A stretch of 49,738 nt of DNA, taken from NCBI GenBank assembly GCA_015056105.1, contig SVGX01000004.1, positions 1 to 49,738 of the forward strand. Reading direction: 5' to 3'. Of the stretch, positions 36,472-45,946 are shown one piece after another (within the stretch, counting starts at the first letter, position 1; each line of letters opens with the position of its first letter). A model generated the notes under the pieces. That model was given only the letters and a program-made list of their open reading frames with translations, searched no databases and was not told the DNA's origin. Both the position numbers and the translations under genes were made by a program. Source of the stretch: Clostridiales bacterium. GTDB lineage: Bacteria; Bacillota; Clostridia; Christensenellales; CAG-138.

Positions 36472-37350
36472 TCAAACTTTCTCGTTGACTTTCTTGCCGA
36501 GAAGACCCGTGGGCTTCACCATAAGAACGATGATGAGCACCGCGAATACGATGGCGTCGGAAAGCTCCGTGGAGATATAGCGCTTCGACAGGTTTTCGAT
36601 CACGCCGAGAAGAATGCCGCCGAGCATGGCGCCGGGCATGGAGCCGATGCCGCCGAACACCGCCGCAACGAAGGCTTTGATGCCGGGCATGGAACCGGTG
36701 TAGGGCCCGATGAAGCCATAGGTGGTGCCGTAGAAAAGGCCCGCCACCGCCGCAAGGGCGCTGCCGATGGCAAAGGTGATGGTGATGGTGCGGTTGACGC
36801 TGATGCCCATGAGCTCTGCGGCATCACGGTCTTCGGAAACGGCGCGCATGGCTTTGCCGGTCTTGGACTTGTTGATGAAGATGCTCATGCCTGCCATGAT
36901 GGCGGTTGTGATCAAAAGGGTGATGAGCATGTTGCCGCGGATGGTCAGCTCGCCAAGGGTGATGGCGGGCATATTGATGATTTTCGGGAAGCTGTGCTGG
37001 GTGGAGCCGAAGATCAGGAGCGCAAGGCTCTGCAGAAAATAGCTGACGCCGATGGCGGTGATGAGCACCGCGAGCGGCGGGGATTTGCGAAGGGGCTTAT
37101 AGGCGATGCGCTCGATGCATACGCCGAGCACAACGCAGCAGACGATGCTGATAAGAATGGAAACGACGGGCGGAAGGCCGAGCATGGAAACGCTGGTGAT
37201 CACCGCGAAGGCGCCCACCATGATCACGTCACCATGGGCGAAGTTGAGCATTTTCGCAATGCCGTATACCATGGTGTAGCCAAGAGCGATCAGCGCATAG
37301 ATGCTGCCGAGGCTAAGGCCGCTGATAAGGGTAGAGATAAAATCCATCAT
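36472..37350 (-). CDS. livH: Branched-chain amino acid ABC transporter permease
   Basis: GSIYALIALGYTMVYG, NFAHG, GKAMRAVSED, KAFVAAVFGGIGS. Confidence 0.96.
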   Translation of the reverse strand: MMDFISTLISGLSLGSIYALIALGYTMVYGIAKMLNFAHGDVIMVGAFAVITSVSMLGLPPVVSILISIVCCVVLGVCIERIAYKPLRKSPPLAVLITAIGVSYFLQSLALLIFGSTQHSFPKIINMPAITLGELTIRGNMLITLLITTAIMAGMSIFINKSKTGKAMRAVSEDRDAAELMGISVNRTITITFAIGSALAAVAGLFYGTTYGFIGPYTGSMPGIKAFVAAVFGGIGSMPGAMLGGILLGVIENLSKRYISTELSDAIVFAVLIIVLMVKPTGLLGKKVNEKV

Positions 37351-37455
37351 TGTTGGGGAACTCCTTTGGGAAAGATCCTGAAAGGGGATAAATGGGGATG
37401 AAAGCGTTGTGGGGATGAGCAGGAGCTGCCCATCCCCTTGAAGGAAACGGTGTGA

Positions 37456-38601
37456 TTATTTTGCAACGTAGGGGGAAGGTACGCCGTCCTGCAGAACGAC
37501 AACGGCCGCGGCCTTTTCGGGAGCGCCGTCAGCGGTCCAGGTCATGGTGCCGGTGGTGCCGTCCACGGTGATCTCGGTCATGGCAGCGATGATCTTCTCG
37601 TTGAAGTCCGCATCGCCGGGCTTTACGTTGGCCTTTTCCGCAGCGGCCTTGATGGTGTAGATGGCGTCATAGCCGTCGCCCGCGAACTGGTCGGGGGTGG
37701 CATTGTAGGCAGCCTGATAGTCGGCGGTGAACTTGATGTTCTGCTCGTCGGCCTGGGTATCGAAGGGCGTGAGGAACATGAGGCCGTTGGTGGCGGAAAC
37801 GTTGTCCGCGCCGATCTTTTCCACGATGCCGTCCATGCCGTCACCGCCGAAGAAGATGTGCTCCATGCCCGCGCTCTGGGCCTGGGTGAGGATGTAAGCG
37901 GCTTCCTGTGCATAGATGGGGAGGAAGATCAGTTCCGCATCGGTGCCGGCGATGGTCTGCAGCTGCACGGAGAAGTCGGTGTTGGACTGGTTGGTGAAGG
38001 CCTGTTCGGAAACGATCTCAAGGCCGTATTCGGGCGCAACGGAAACGAAGGTTTCCTTGATGCCGTTGGAATAGTCGTTGGACTTATCGTAGATGATGGC
38101 GATCTTCTTGGCAACGTTGTTGTTCGCAAGGAACTTCGCCGCGTTCACGCCCTGCTCGGGGTCGCCGAAGCAAATACGGAAAGCGTTGGGATACTGGATG
38201 CACTCTACCTGGGAGCCGGAGGGGGTGATCATGAGGATGCCGTCCTCATTGGCCTTTTCGCTGACTGCGATGCAGGCGCCGCTGGTCACTGCACCGAGGG
38301 AAACATCCATGCCGTCATCCATCAGCTTGTTGTAAGCGTTAACGGCCATTTCGGCGTCAACCTGGTCATCTTCGAAGAGGAGCTCAACGGGAACGCCGTT
38401 GATGCCGCCGGCAGCGTTGATTTCCTTAACGGCAAGCTCGGCACCCTGCTTGACGGAAACGCCGTAGGTGGCATAGTCACCGGTGAGGGGGCCTACGCCG
38501 CCGATCACGAAGGAAGCGTCATCGGAACCGCTGTTGCCGCAGCCCGCGAACATCACGGTGATCATCATTGCCGCGAGGGCGATCGCAAAGATCTTTTTCA
38601 T
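37456..38601 (-). CDS. livJ: Branched-chain amino acid ABC substrate-binding lipoprotein (LivJ/LivK)
   Basis: Lipobox FAGC; GPLTG..A.YG, INAAGGING, DYSNG, TDFSVQL. Confidence 0.92.
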   Translation of the reverse strand: MKKIFAIALAAMMITVMFAGCGNSGSDDASFVIGGVGPLTGDYATYGVSVKQGAELAVKEINAAGGINGVPVELLFEDDQVDAEMAVNAYNKLMDDGMDVSLGAVTSGACIAVSEKANEDGILMITPSGSQVECIQYPNAFRICFGDPEQGVNAAKFLANNNVAKKIAIIYDKSNDYSNGIKETFVSVAPEYGLEIVSEQAFTNQSNTDFSVQLQTIAGTDAELIFLPIYAQEAAYILTQAQSAGMEHIFFGGDGMDGIVEKIGADNVSATNGLMFLTPFDTQADEQNIKFTADYQAAYNATPDQFAGDGYDAIYTIKAAAEKANVKPGDADFNEKIIAAMTEITVDGTTGTMTWTADGAPEKAAAVVVLQDGVPSPYVAK

Positions 38602-38643
38602 TGTGTTTCTCCTTTGGGTATTATGATTTTTGAAGATTTATGC

Positions 38644-38678
38644 AGAAAGGCGGTCCCGAGGATTCGGAACCGCCTTTT
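38644..38678 (-). terminator. Attenuator-like terminator between the leader ORF and livJ
   Basis: AAAGGCGGTTCCGA/TCGGGACCGCCTTT stem with a short U tract. Confidence 0.7.
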
Positions 38679-38693
38679 ACATACACGACGATT

Positions 38694-38888
38694 TTATTCC
38701 GCTCTCCCCGGTAACGCGCCGAAGCGCAGGCTAAGGACGAGGACCAAAAGTACAGATACAGAAAGTACCAGACCAAGGCGCACGCCGATTACGCCGACCA
38801 TCGCAAGGATGGCGGCGCCGGTAATGATGAGCGCGAAATGAAGAGCGCGCAAACGTGCAAAATGGCTGATGTTTTCGGCAAACGGCAC
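38694..38888 (-). CDS. Leu/Val/Ile-rich leader peptide (64 aa)
   Basis: GTG start after AAAGGAG; 26 of 64 residues are L/I/V; lies between the promoter and the terminator. Confidence 0.7.
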   Translation of the reverse strand: MPFAENISHFARLRALHFALIITGAAILAMVGVIGVRLGLVLSVSVLLVLVLSLRFGALPGRAE

Positions 38889-38934
38889 GGGGCGCTCCTT
38901 TCCACTGCATGGCAGTAATAAATTGATTGGAAAA

Positions 38935-38963
38935 ATAATAGCACCGTACACAGGGCTTGTCAA
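38935..38963 (-). promoter_or_regulatory. SigmaA promoter of the liv leader and operon
   Basis: TTGACA, 17 bp, TG-n-TATTAT. Confidence 0.85.
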
Positions 38964-39185
38964 GGAAAATATATTATTTTAAATGAATTTTATTTTCTTC
39001 CTGCAAATCGGGGAAGGGCGGGCGAAAAATGCGTTTTTTCCCGGCCTTTGCGGCATATTCGACAAAAACAGGTATTTTTTTAACAAAATAAAAACAAAGG
39101 AGGAAGGATGCCGCAAGTCCGTCTTTTGCGGAACATGTTTTTATGCTATACTGTATATACCAAGACCACGGAAAGGAACTGCACA

Positions 39186-39662
39186 ATGAGAAGGAAAGAC
39201 AGAGAAGTAACGGATCCCATCAGGATCGAAGCGATCATGAAACGCTGCAGCGTCTGCAGGGTCGGCTTTTACGATGATGGCGAGATCTATATCCTGCCCC
39301 TCAACTTTGGTTTTGAAAGGAACGGGGAAAGCTATACGCTGTATTTCCACGGCGCAAAGGAAGGAAGGAAGATCAATCTTGCCGCGAAGGAGCCGCGGGT
39401 GGGCTTTGAGATGGACGGCACATACACGCTGAAAACAGCGGATGAGGCATGTTCTTTTTCCGCCGAATATGAAAGCATTATCGGCACGGGCCGTATCCGC
39501 CTTGTCTGTGATGCCGAAGAAAAGCGCCGCGGCCTTGCCTGCGTGATGGCACAGGTCACCGGCCGTTCCGACTGGAGTTTCCCGGATGCTGCCGTTGCCG
39601 GCACCGCGGTGATGCGTCTTGACGTGGAAACGCTTTCCTGCAAAACGAACGCCAAGGAATAA
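39186..39662 (+). CDS. Pyridoxamine 5'-phosphate oxidase-like flavin-binding protein (NimA-like)
   Basis: MRRKDREV, YILPLNFG, LYFHGAKEGRK, YESIIGTG. Confidence 0.9.
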   Translation: MRRKDREVTDPIRIEAIMKRCSVCRVGFYDDGEIYILPLNFGFERNGESYTLYFHGAKEGRKINLAAKEPRVGFEMDGTYTLKTADEACSFSAEYESIIGTGRIRLVCDAEEKRRGLACVMAQVTGRSDWSFPDAAVAGTAVMRLDVETLSCKTNAKE

Positions 39663-39720
39663 GGGAACGGCATCGGGTGACAACGTCATTTTACAATTAC
39701 AGAGATATAGATATTTAATG

Positions 39721-39753
39721 AAAAAAAGAGCTTTCCGCGGGGAAAGCTCTTTT
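39721..39753. terminator. Bidirectional intrinsic terminator
   Basis: AAAAGAGCTTTCC/GGAAAGCTCTTTT. Confidence 0.88.
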
Positions 39754-39770
39754 GCATAGCTGCTTTTATT

Positions 39771-40865
39771 TTATTTCCAAAGGCCGAGACCCTTTGCAAG
39801 GGTGACCACGAAATCCTGTACGTTGGTAACGATGCCGCGGGCGCTGAGGCTGCCCCGGTCCGTCAGCTTGTTGACGGCGAATTCGGCGATGTCCACACAG
39901 TAGAAGTAGATCTCCCTGACGGTGCCGTCGGGCAGCACCCGGTATGCGGGGGTCATGTTACCGGTGGCGATGGTGTGGAGCATGCTTGCCATGCCGATGA
40001 CGGTGGTGGCGGTGCGGATCTCGCCGCGCATCCTGTCCTGCGCCTCATAAGCGTCGCCGATCACGGAGGGAAGGGGGCCGTCATCCCGGATGGAGCTTGC
40101 GAGCACATAGGGCACGCCGTGCTTTTCACATTCGTAGATGATGCCGTCTTCGATGTTTTCCTTTTCGATAAACCGGGCGATACTGCCGTGATACCAGACG
40201 CGGTTGATGGTATCAAGGTGGTTGTAATGGCCAAGGGGCTGGCTTTCCTGGGTATAGATATTCTGGCCGAGGGCCGTTTTGAGGTATGCGGCTTCAAGGT
40301 CGTGGGTAGCAAGGGCATTGCCCGCCAGCAGTGCATCCACATAGCCGTGTTTGACGAGCAGGGAAAAGGCTTTCCTTGCATCGTAATCAAAGGTGAAGGC
40401 AGGCCCGATGACCCAGACGATCTTGCCGTGCTCCCGCTCATGGTGCAGAAGCTGATACAGCTCATCGTAATCCCGGGAGAATGCCGTTTCACGGGAACGG
40501 CCCTTGCGGAATGCGAACGCATCCGGCTTTTTCTCTTCCGCCCAGAAACCGTCCGGGTAGACAAGGATGCCCTCTTCGCCCTGTTCCGTGCGGCCGACGG
40601 CCACAGGCTCGCCCGCTTTGAGCCTTCGCATTTCCTTGACTTCGATGCGGCCTTCCGAAAGGACGGCAACGCAGTCCATACGGCTTTCTTCCGCAAGAAG
40701 CCATGTGCCGTTCACCTTGAAGTATTCCGGGAAGATGCTCAGCGCGTGGTAGTTTTCCGGCGCGGTCCTGTCAAAGGGCGCGGGAACGAACCGGGCATCC
40801 GGCGCTTCGAGCAGCTCTTTTTTTGTAAAATCCGGCGCATGATAGGGCCTCAGTGCAAACTCCAT
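39771..40865 (-). CDS. LOR/SDH-conserved-domain protein (ArgZ/AgrE C-terminal-like, putative ornithine cyclodeaminase)
   Basis: APENYHA, RMDC, LAGNALATHDLE, GHYNHL, SIRDDGPLP, MLHTIATGNMTP, KLTDRGS. Confidence 0.82.
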   Translation of the reverse strand: MEFALRPYHAPDFTKKELLEAPDARFVPAPFDRTAPENYHALSIFPEYFKVNGTWLLAEESRMDCVAVLSEGRIEVKEMRRLKAGEPVAVGRTEQGEEGILVYPDGFWAEEKKPDAFAFRKGRSRETAFSRDYDELYQLLHHEREHGKIVWVIGPAFTFDYDARKAFSLLVKHGYVDALLAGNALATHDLEAAYLKTALGQNIYTQESQPLGHYNHLDTINRVWYHGSIARFIEKENIEDGIIYECEKHGVPYVLASSIRDDGPLPSVIGDAYEAQDRMRGEIRTATTVIGMASMLHTIATGNMTPAYRVLPDGTVREIYFYCVDIAEFAVNKLTDRGSLSARGIVTNVQDFVVTLAKGLGLWK

Positions 40866-41092
40866 GGTGGGAACCTCCCTTTGGTCGCATCCTTTTCTGA
40901 ATAAAAGACAGAAAGGAACCGTTTATCAGCATATCACATTAGAAAATCAAATGCAAGATATTAAAAAACATAATGGATACAGAAAAGACGCTGACCGTTT
41001 TGCATGGGCGCGCTGCATACTGCGGCGGCGTATGGGAATACTAAACGCGAAAAAAGAGCCGGCACATGCCGGAATCAACAAGGAGGCACAGT

Positions 41093-41623
41093 ATGAAATT
41101 ACACGGAATGCTTTTGTGCGCGCTGCTTTCCGCGCTGCTGCTGTTTACCGCAGCCTGCGGTGACGGCGATGTTTCCCCCACGCCCACGGCGAAGCCGAAC
41201 AATACGGTAACGCCCAGTCCTACCGCTGCGGCAACGCCCGATACCGCCCCTTCGCCCACGGCGAATATGGGCGCCAATACCACCGATGACCCGGGCATCC
41301 TTGAAGGCGCAGCGGATACCATCGAAGGCTTTGTGGAAGGCGCGGTGGTGGAGATCGCGGAGCTGCCCGAAAAGGTGAGCGCCGCCATCAAGGACAAATA
41401 TCCGGACGCCACCGTAAAGGGCGCTACCTATGCGACCTATATGAACGGGCAGATGTATAAGCTGACCCTTGACGGCGCGAAGGATGGCACCACCGATGTT
41501 TATGCCCGCGCGGACGGTACCCTTGTGCCCTACACGCCGGATGCGACTCCCGGCGGCAGTAACGGCGGCAGCGGCAGTGGCGGTACCGGCAGCGGCAGCA
41601 GCGGCAGCGCGGGCAGCAATTAA
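41093..41623 (+). CDS. Lipoprotein with Pro/Thr linker, PepSY/BLIP-like domain and Gly/Ser tail
   Basis: AAGGAGG RBS, lipobox TAAC, ELPEKVSAAIKDKYPDATV motif. Confidence 0.8.
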   Translation: MKLHGMLLCALLSALLLFTAACGDGDVSPTPTAKPNNTVTPSPTAAATPDTAPSPTANMGANTTDDPGILEGAADTIEGFVEGAVVEIAELPEKVSAAIKDKYPDATVKGATYATYMNGQMYKLTLDGAKDGTTDVYARADGTLVPYTPDATPGGSNGGSGSGGTGSGSSGSAGSN

Positions 41624-41662
41624 TTAAGGAAGCGGATTAGAAAGCAGACGACCGCAAAGCAG

Positions 41663-41703
41663 AAGCACCTCCCTTCGGCCTCCGGCCGGGGGGAGGTGCT
41701 TTG
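41663..41703. terminator. Long GC hairpin, probable terminator
   Basis: AAGCACCTCCCTTCGGCC/GGCCGGGGGGAGGTGCTT. Confidence 0.65.
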
Positions 41704-42095
41704 CCTGCGGGGGAAAACTTGCCGCTGTGCCGGCTGTTGACCGCAAAAATGGCCTGCCTGCGGCAGATCCGCCTCTTTTTGCGATGGCTTTTTCGGCGCT
41801 GTTTATTTTGATATCATGCTTTGGGAGTGAGCTCAAGCCCGGCTTTGGCCGTTAAGCCCGGGGCAGCATCAGCTGTATCGGGTACATGATAAGCTCTTTT
41901 TTGTTTATATACGCCGTTGTCATTCATATGGCTGCTGCTTTCGAATTTGCATGGCGGCATAAACATCAACTTCATCCGCCGCAGGCACTGTTTCACCGCC
42001 GCCCCTTCGGGGGCGGCTATTGCTTCCTGTGCGGCGGAAATGGTATACTGAGAACGGTATGATCCATTCGAATCCATTTCTTTCGGAGGGTTTTT

Positions 42096-42629
42096 ATGCG
42101 TCTTTTTATCGCCATTGAACTTCCCCGCTCCTTCAAACAGGAGCTTTCCCGGGTACAGAAGGAGGTCAAGCAATTAAGCTGCGGCGGCCGCTTTGTTCCC
42201 ACGGATAATTTTCACATCACGCTCCATTTCATCGGCGAATCCGATGATCTTGCAGGCACCGTTGCTGCCATGCGGGAGGCCTGCCGCGGGATCCGTACCT
42301 TTACGTTGCACCTTGGCAAGTATGACTGCTTTGACAAAAACGGCAGCAAAACATCCTTCCTTGAGATGAAGGGCGAGCTTGACGAACTGGACAGGCTGTA
42401 TGAATCGCTGCAGTGCGCCCTTTACGACAACGGCTTTTCGCGGGAGCGCAAACGCTTCCGCCCCCATATCACCCTCGGCAGGAGCGTGGAGCATGATGAG
42501 CTTGTAACGGGCGAGCTCAAACAGCTTTCTCCCAACGCCTCCATGACGGTGCAGGGCATCACCCTGTTTGAAAGCGTCAGGCAGGATGGGAAGATGGTCT
42601 ACAACGCCCTGCACAGGGAGCGCTTCTGA
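42096..42629 (+). CDS. thpR: RNA 2',3'-cyclic phosphodiesterase (2H family)
   Basis: MRLFIAI, two HITL motifs, LFES. Confidence 0.93.
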   Translation: MRLFIAIELPRSFKQELSRVQKEVKQLSCGGRFVPTDNFHITLHFIGESDDLAGTVAAMREACRGIRTFTLHLGKYDCFDKNGSKTSFLEMKGELDELDRLYESLQCALYDNGFSRERKRFRPHITLGRSVEHDELVTGELKQLSPNASMTVQGITLFESVRQDGKMVYNALHRERF

Positions 42630-45600
42630 TGGCAGCGCCCATCACATTTCTCGTTGGCCGCGCGGGCAGCGGGAAAACAAGGCTCATCCGGCAGCTGGTC
42701 GCCGAGTGCACGGCACGCGGCGAGCGTGCTGCGCTCATCGTTCCCGAACAGTTTACATTTGAGACCGAACGCGAACTTGCGGCCTGCCTTCCCGGCGGGC
42801 TCATGTACGCTTCGGTCTTTTCCTTTACCTCCCTTGCGCGGCGGGTGCTGAAGGAAACGGGGGAAAGAAGCGTGTTTCTTTCCAGGCAGGGCAGAAGGAT
42901 GGTGATCCGCAAGGCGGCGGATGAAGCCGCATCCGCCCTTTCCGCCTTTGGCAGCGTGTATGAGCGCAGCGGCTTTGCGGAGCAGTGCGATGCCTTTTTC
43001 ACCCAATGCAAACGCTTCAACATTGAACCGGAAGCGCTCAGGGAAGCCGCTTCCAATTTAAAGGAAGGCTCCCTGTTTCAAAAGAAGCTTTCCGATCTGG
43101 CGCTGCTTTACGGGGAAACGGAAGGCTACCTTGCGGGCCGCAGCATGGACGCGGCGGATACCTTCCGTGCCCTTTCGGAGCGGCTTCCCCGCTCCTCCTT
43201 TGCCGGGCAGACGGTGATAATAGACGGGTTCGATCTCATCTCCGAACAGCTTTACGATGTGCTCGGCGCGCTGATGGAAACGGCGGGCTCGCTGACGATC
43301 GCCCTTCGTGCGGATCTTTCCGCGGCCTGCCGCGATAAGGAAGTGTTCCGGGCGGAGAAAAAACTGCTTTCAAGGCTGCAGAAGCTGGCCGGGGAAAAGG
43401 GCTGCGCGGTGAAAACGCTGCGCCTTCCCATGGCAGGTACCCATGAGGATGAAGCAAAACGCGCTCATGCGGCGCTCCGGCACCTTGAGCGGGAAGCCTT
43501 CACACCAGAACCCCGGCCTTATGAAGCGGGCGGCGCGGCGGAGGCTATCGGCCTTTTTGCCGCCACGAGCCGTACCGCGGAGGCGGAAGCCGTGGCGGAT
43601 GCCATCCTTGCCGCCGCAAAGAAGGGCATCCGTTACCGGGATATGGCCGTGATCGCTACGGAGCTTGACGCGTATATCAACCCCGTGAAGCGGGCGCTCC
43701 GGGCAAGGGATATCCCCTTTTTCACCGATGCAAAGCATCCCCTTGCGGGCTATGCCGCCGCAAGGCTTCTTGTGAGCGCACTGCTCTCGGCGAGCCGTGC
43801 CTTCCGGCAGAAGGATGTCATCGAGCTGCTCAAGACCGGCCTTACCGGCGTTTCCCGGGAGGATGCGGAGCAGTTTGAGCTGTATATCCTCCGTTACGGT
43901 ATAAGGGGCAGCGGCTTCCTCAAACCCTTTGACCGGGGCGAAGTGCCCGAAGCGGCGGAGCGGGCAAGGCAGCAGCTGATAGAGCCCCTTGCCGTGCTGA
44001 AGGAAGCCCTTTCCGGCGCAAGGAGCGCAAAGGCCAAAACAGAAGCGGCTTACGGATATCTGACGGCCCTCGATGTTCGCCGGAAGCTGACCGATGAAGC
44101 GGAAAAGCTCCGGGCGGCGGGCCAGTTTGAACATATGGAAGAATGCGCCCAGGTCTATAACATGCTGATGGAGCTGTTTACCCAGATGCATGCCATCCTC
44201 GGCGATGCACCCATCTCCACGGAACGCTATATCGCCGTGCTGCAGGAGGGCCTTTCCACCTATGAGGTGGGCGTCATCCCCACCACGGCGGATCAGGTGC
44301 TCTTCGGCAGTCTCGGCCGCACCCGCGCCCGCAGCGTCAGGGCGCTCTTTGTGCTCGGCGCGGTGGAAGGACTGTTTCCGGCCTATGCACGGGATGACAG
44401 CATGATAGACGATGCGGAGCTTTCGGCCCTTTCTTCGCTGGGACTTCCCGAACTTCCGTCGAGCCGCGAGCGGACGGAAAAGGAACTGAGCGATGTTTAC
44501 GGCGCCGTGGCAAAACCCAGCGAATACCTGTACCTTTCCTATCCCCTCGGCGTGGGGACGGAGGCGGCGGTGCCCTGCCGTCTTGTGGATACGGTAAAGG
44601 CCATGTTTGCGGATGTAAAAGAAGAAACGGATCTTGCGCCTGCGCCGCCGGTCAGCGCGGAAACGGGCTTTAAACGGCTGGTGGAAGGTCTGCGCAACGG
44701 CGTGGATGCGGGCGCTTTCAGCGAAGAGACTGCCGCGCTTTACGGCGCATACCGGGCAGAGCCTGTCTATGCAGGGCGGCTTCGGGCGGCGGAAGAGGCG
44801 CTTTTCTACAACCGATCCCCGGAACCCTTCGGCAGGGAGCTTGCCGCAGCCCTTTACGGTGCGCCCCTTTACGGCAGCGCCACAAGGCTTGAGACCTTCA
44901 ACGCCTGCCCCTTCAAGCATTTTGCCCGCTACGGGCTCAGGCTGATGCCGCCCCTTGAATACCGGGAGCGGCGGGCGGACGAGGGCACCTTCTGCCATGA
45001 GGCCCTTGCGCAGTTTACGGAAAAACTCATCGGCCTCGGCCGCGGTGCAAAGGACATCGGCAGCGAAGATGTGGGCCGCATGCTCGATGAGATCATACCG
45101 CCCCTTCTTCAAAGCCACAACAACGGCGTGCTGCTCGACACGGCACGCATGCGCGCCCTTGCGGGAAGGCTCGTGCGGCGCATCCGGGAGACCGCCAACG
45201 CCATCGTGCTGCAGCTTGCGCGCAGCCGCTTTGTGCCCCTCGGCGCGGAGGTGGAGTTCGGCCGGGGCAAGACCTACCCTCCCATTGAGCTTGCGCTGCC
45301 CGGCGGCAGGCGCTGCTGCCTTTCCGGAAAGATCGACAGGCTTGATGGCTTCCGGGACGAAACCGGCGAAAGCTTTATCCGCATCATTGATTACAAGACC
45401 GGCAGCAGCGATTTCAGCTATACGGATCTTTATTACGGACTGAAGCTGCAGCTGCCCCTTTACCTTGCCGCTGCCGCAGCGGCGGATGAAGCCGCCGCGA
45501 AGGTGAGCGCGGCGGGGTTCTACTACCTGCCCGTCAAGACCGCCGTGGCAAAGGCGGGCACCGAAGAAGCGGATCTCATGGAAACGGTGATGAAGACCTT

Positions 45601-45946
45601 CCGGCTGAAGGGCATCTCTCTCAACGAGGGCGAGCTTCTTGAGCTGCAGGGCGGCGATGCCGTTTTGCCGAAAAAGGGCAGCGGCGTTTTGCGCCGGGGG
45701 GAATTTGACGCTGTGACGGCTTTTGCAAAGCGCAAGGCGGAGGAGACTGCGGCGGCGCTCGCCGCCGGCAGGGCGGAAACGGCACCCTACCGCCGGAACA
45801 AACAGGATACCGCCTGCAGCCGCTGCGATTACGGCAGCCTTTGCGCCTTTGATCCCGCTTTTGCGGGCTGCCGCTACCGCAATGTGCGCACCGTGAAGGC
45901 GGAAGCATTCTTTAAGGAGGCGAACCATGACCAGATGGACGAATGA
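42629..45946 (+). CDS. addB: ATP-dependent helicase/nuclease subunit B
   Basis: GRAGSGKT, IVPEQFT, CPFKHF, GKIDRLD, IIDYKTG, LQLPLY and C..C.Y..LC Fe-S cysteines. Confidence 0.96.
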   Translation: MAAPITFLVGRAGSGKTRLIRQLVAECTARGERAALIVPEQFTFETERELAACLPGGLMYASVFSFTSLARRVLKETGERSVFLSRQGRRMVIRKAADEAASALSAFGSVYERSGFAEQCDAFFTQCKRFNIEPEALREAASNLKEGSLFQKKLSDLALLYGETEGYLAGRSMDAADTFRALSERLPRSSFAGQTVIIDGFDLISEQLYDVLGALMETAGSLTIALRADLSAACRDKEVFRAEKKLLSRLQKLAGEKGCAVKTLRLPMAGTHEDEAKRAHAALRHLEREAFTPEPRPYEAGGAAEAIGLFAATSRTAEAEAVADAILAAAKKGIRYRDMAVIATELDAYINPVKRALRARDIPFFTDAKHPLAGYAAARLLVSALLSASRAFRQKDVIELLKTGLTGVSREDAEQFELYILRYGIRGSGFLKPFDRGEVPEAAERARQQLIEPLAVLKEALSGARSAKAKTEAAYGYLTALDVRRKLTDEAEKLRAAGQFEHMEECAQVYNMLMELFTQMHAILGDAPISTERYIAVLQEGLSTYEVGVIPTTADQVLFGSLGRTRARSVRALFVLGAVEGLFPAYARDDSMIDDAELSALSSLGLPELPSSRERTEKELSDVYGAVAKPSEYLYLSYPLGVGTEAAVPCRLVDTVKAMFADVKEETDLAPAPPVSAETGFKRLVEGLRNGVDAGAFSEETAALYGAYRAEPVYAGRLRAAEEALFYNRSPEPFGRELAAALYGAPLYGSATRLETFNACPFKHFARYGLRLMPPLEYRERRADEGTFCHEALAQFTEKLIGLGRGAKDIGSEDVGRMLDEIIPPLLQSHNNGVLLDTARMRALAGRLVRRIRETANAIVLQLARSRFVPLGAEVEFGRGKTYPPIELALPGGRRCCLSGKIDRLDGFRDETGESFIRIIDYKTGSSDFSYTDLYYGLKLQLPLYLAAAAAADEAAAKVSAAGFYYLPVKTAVAKAGTEEADLMETVMKTFRLKGISLNEGELLELQGGDAVLPKKGSGVLRRGEFDAVTAFAKRKAEETAAALAAGRAETAPYRRNKQDTACSRCDYGSLCAFDPAFAGCRYRNVRTVKAEAFFKEANHDQMDE

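Noticed and set aside
38889-38963. 89-aa version of the liv leader ORF starting at TTG 38963
   Set aside because: That TTG is the -35 hexamer of the promoter; the RBS supports GTG 38888
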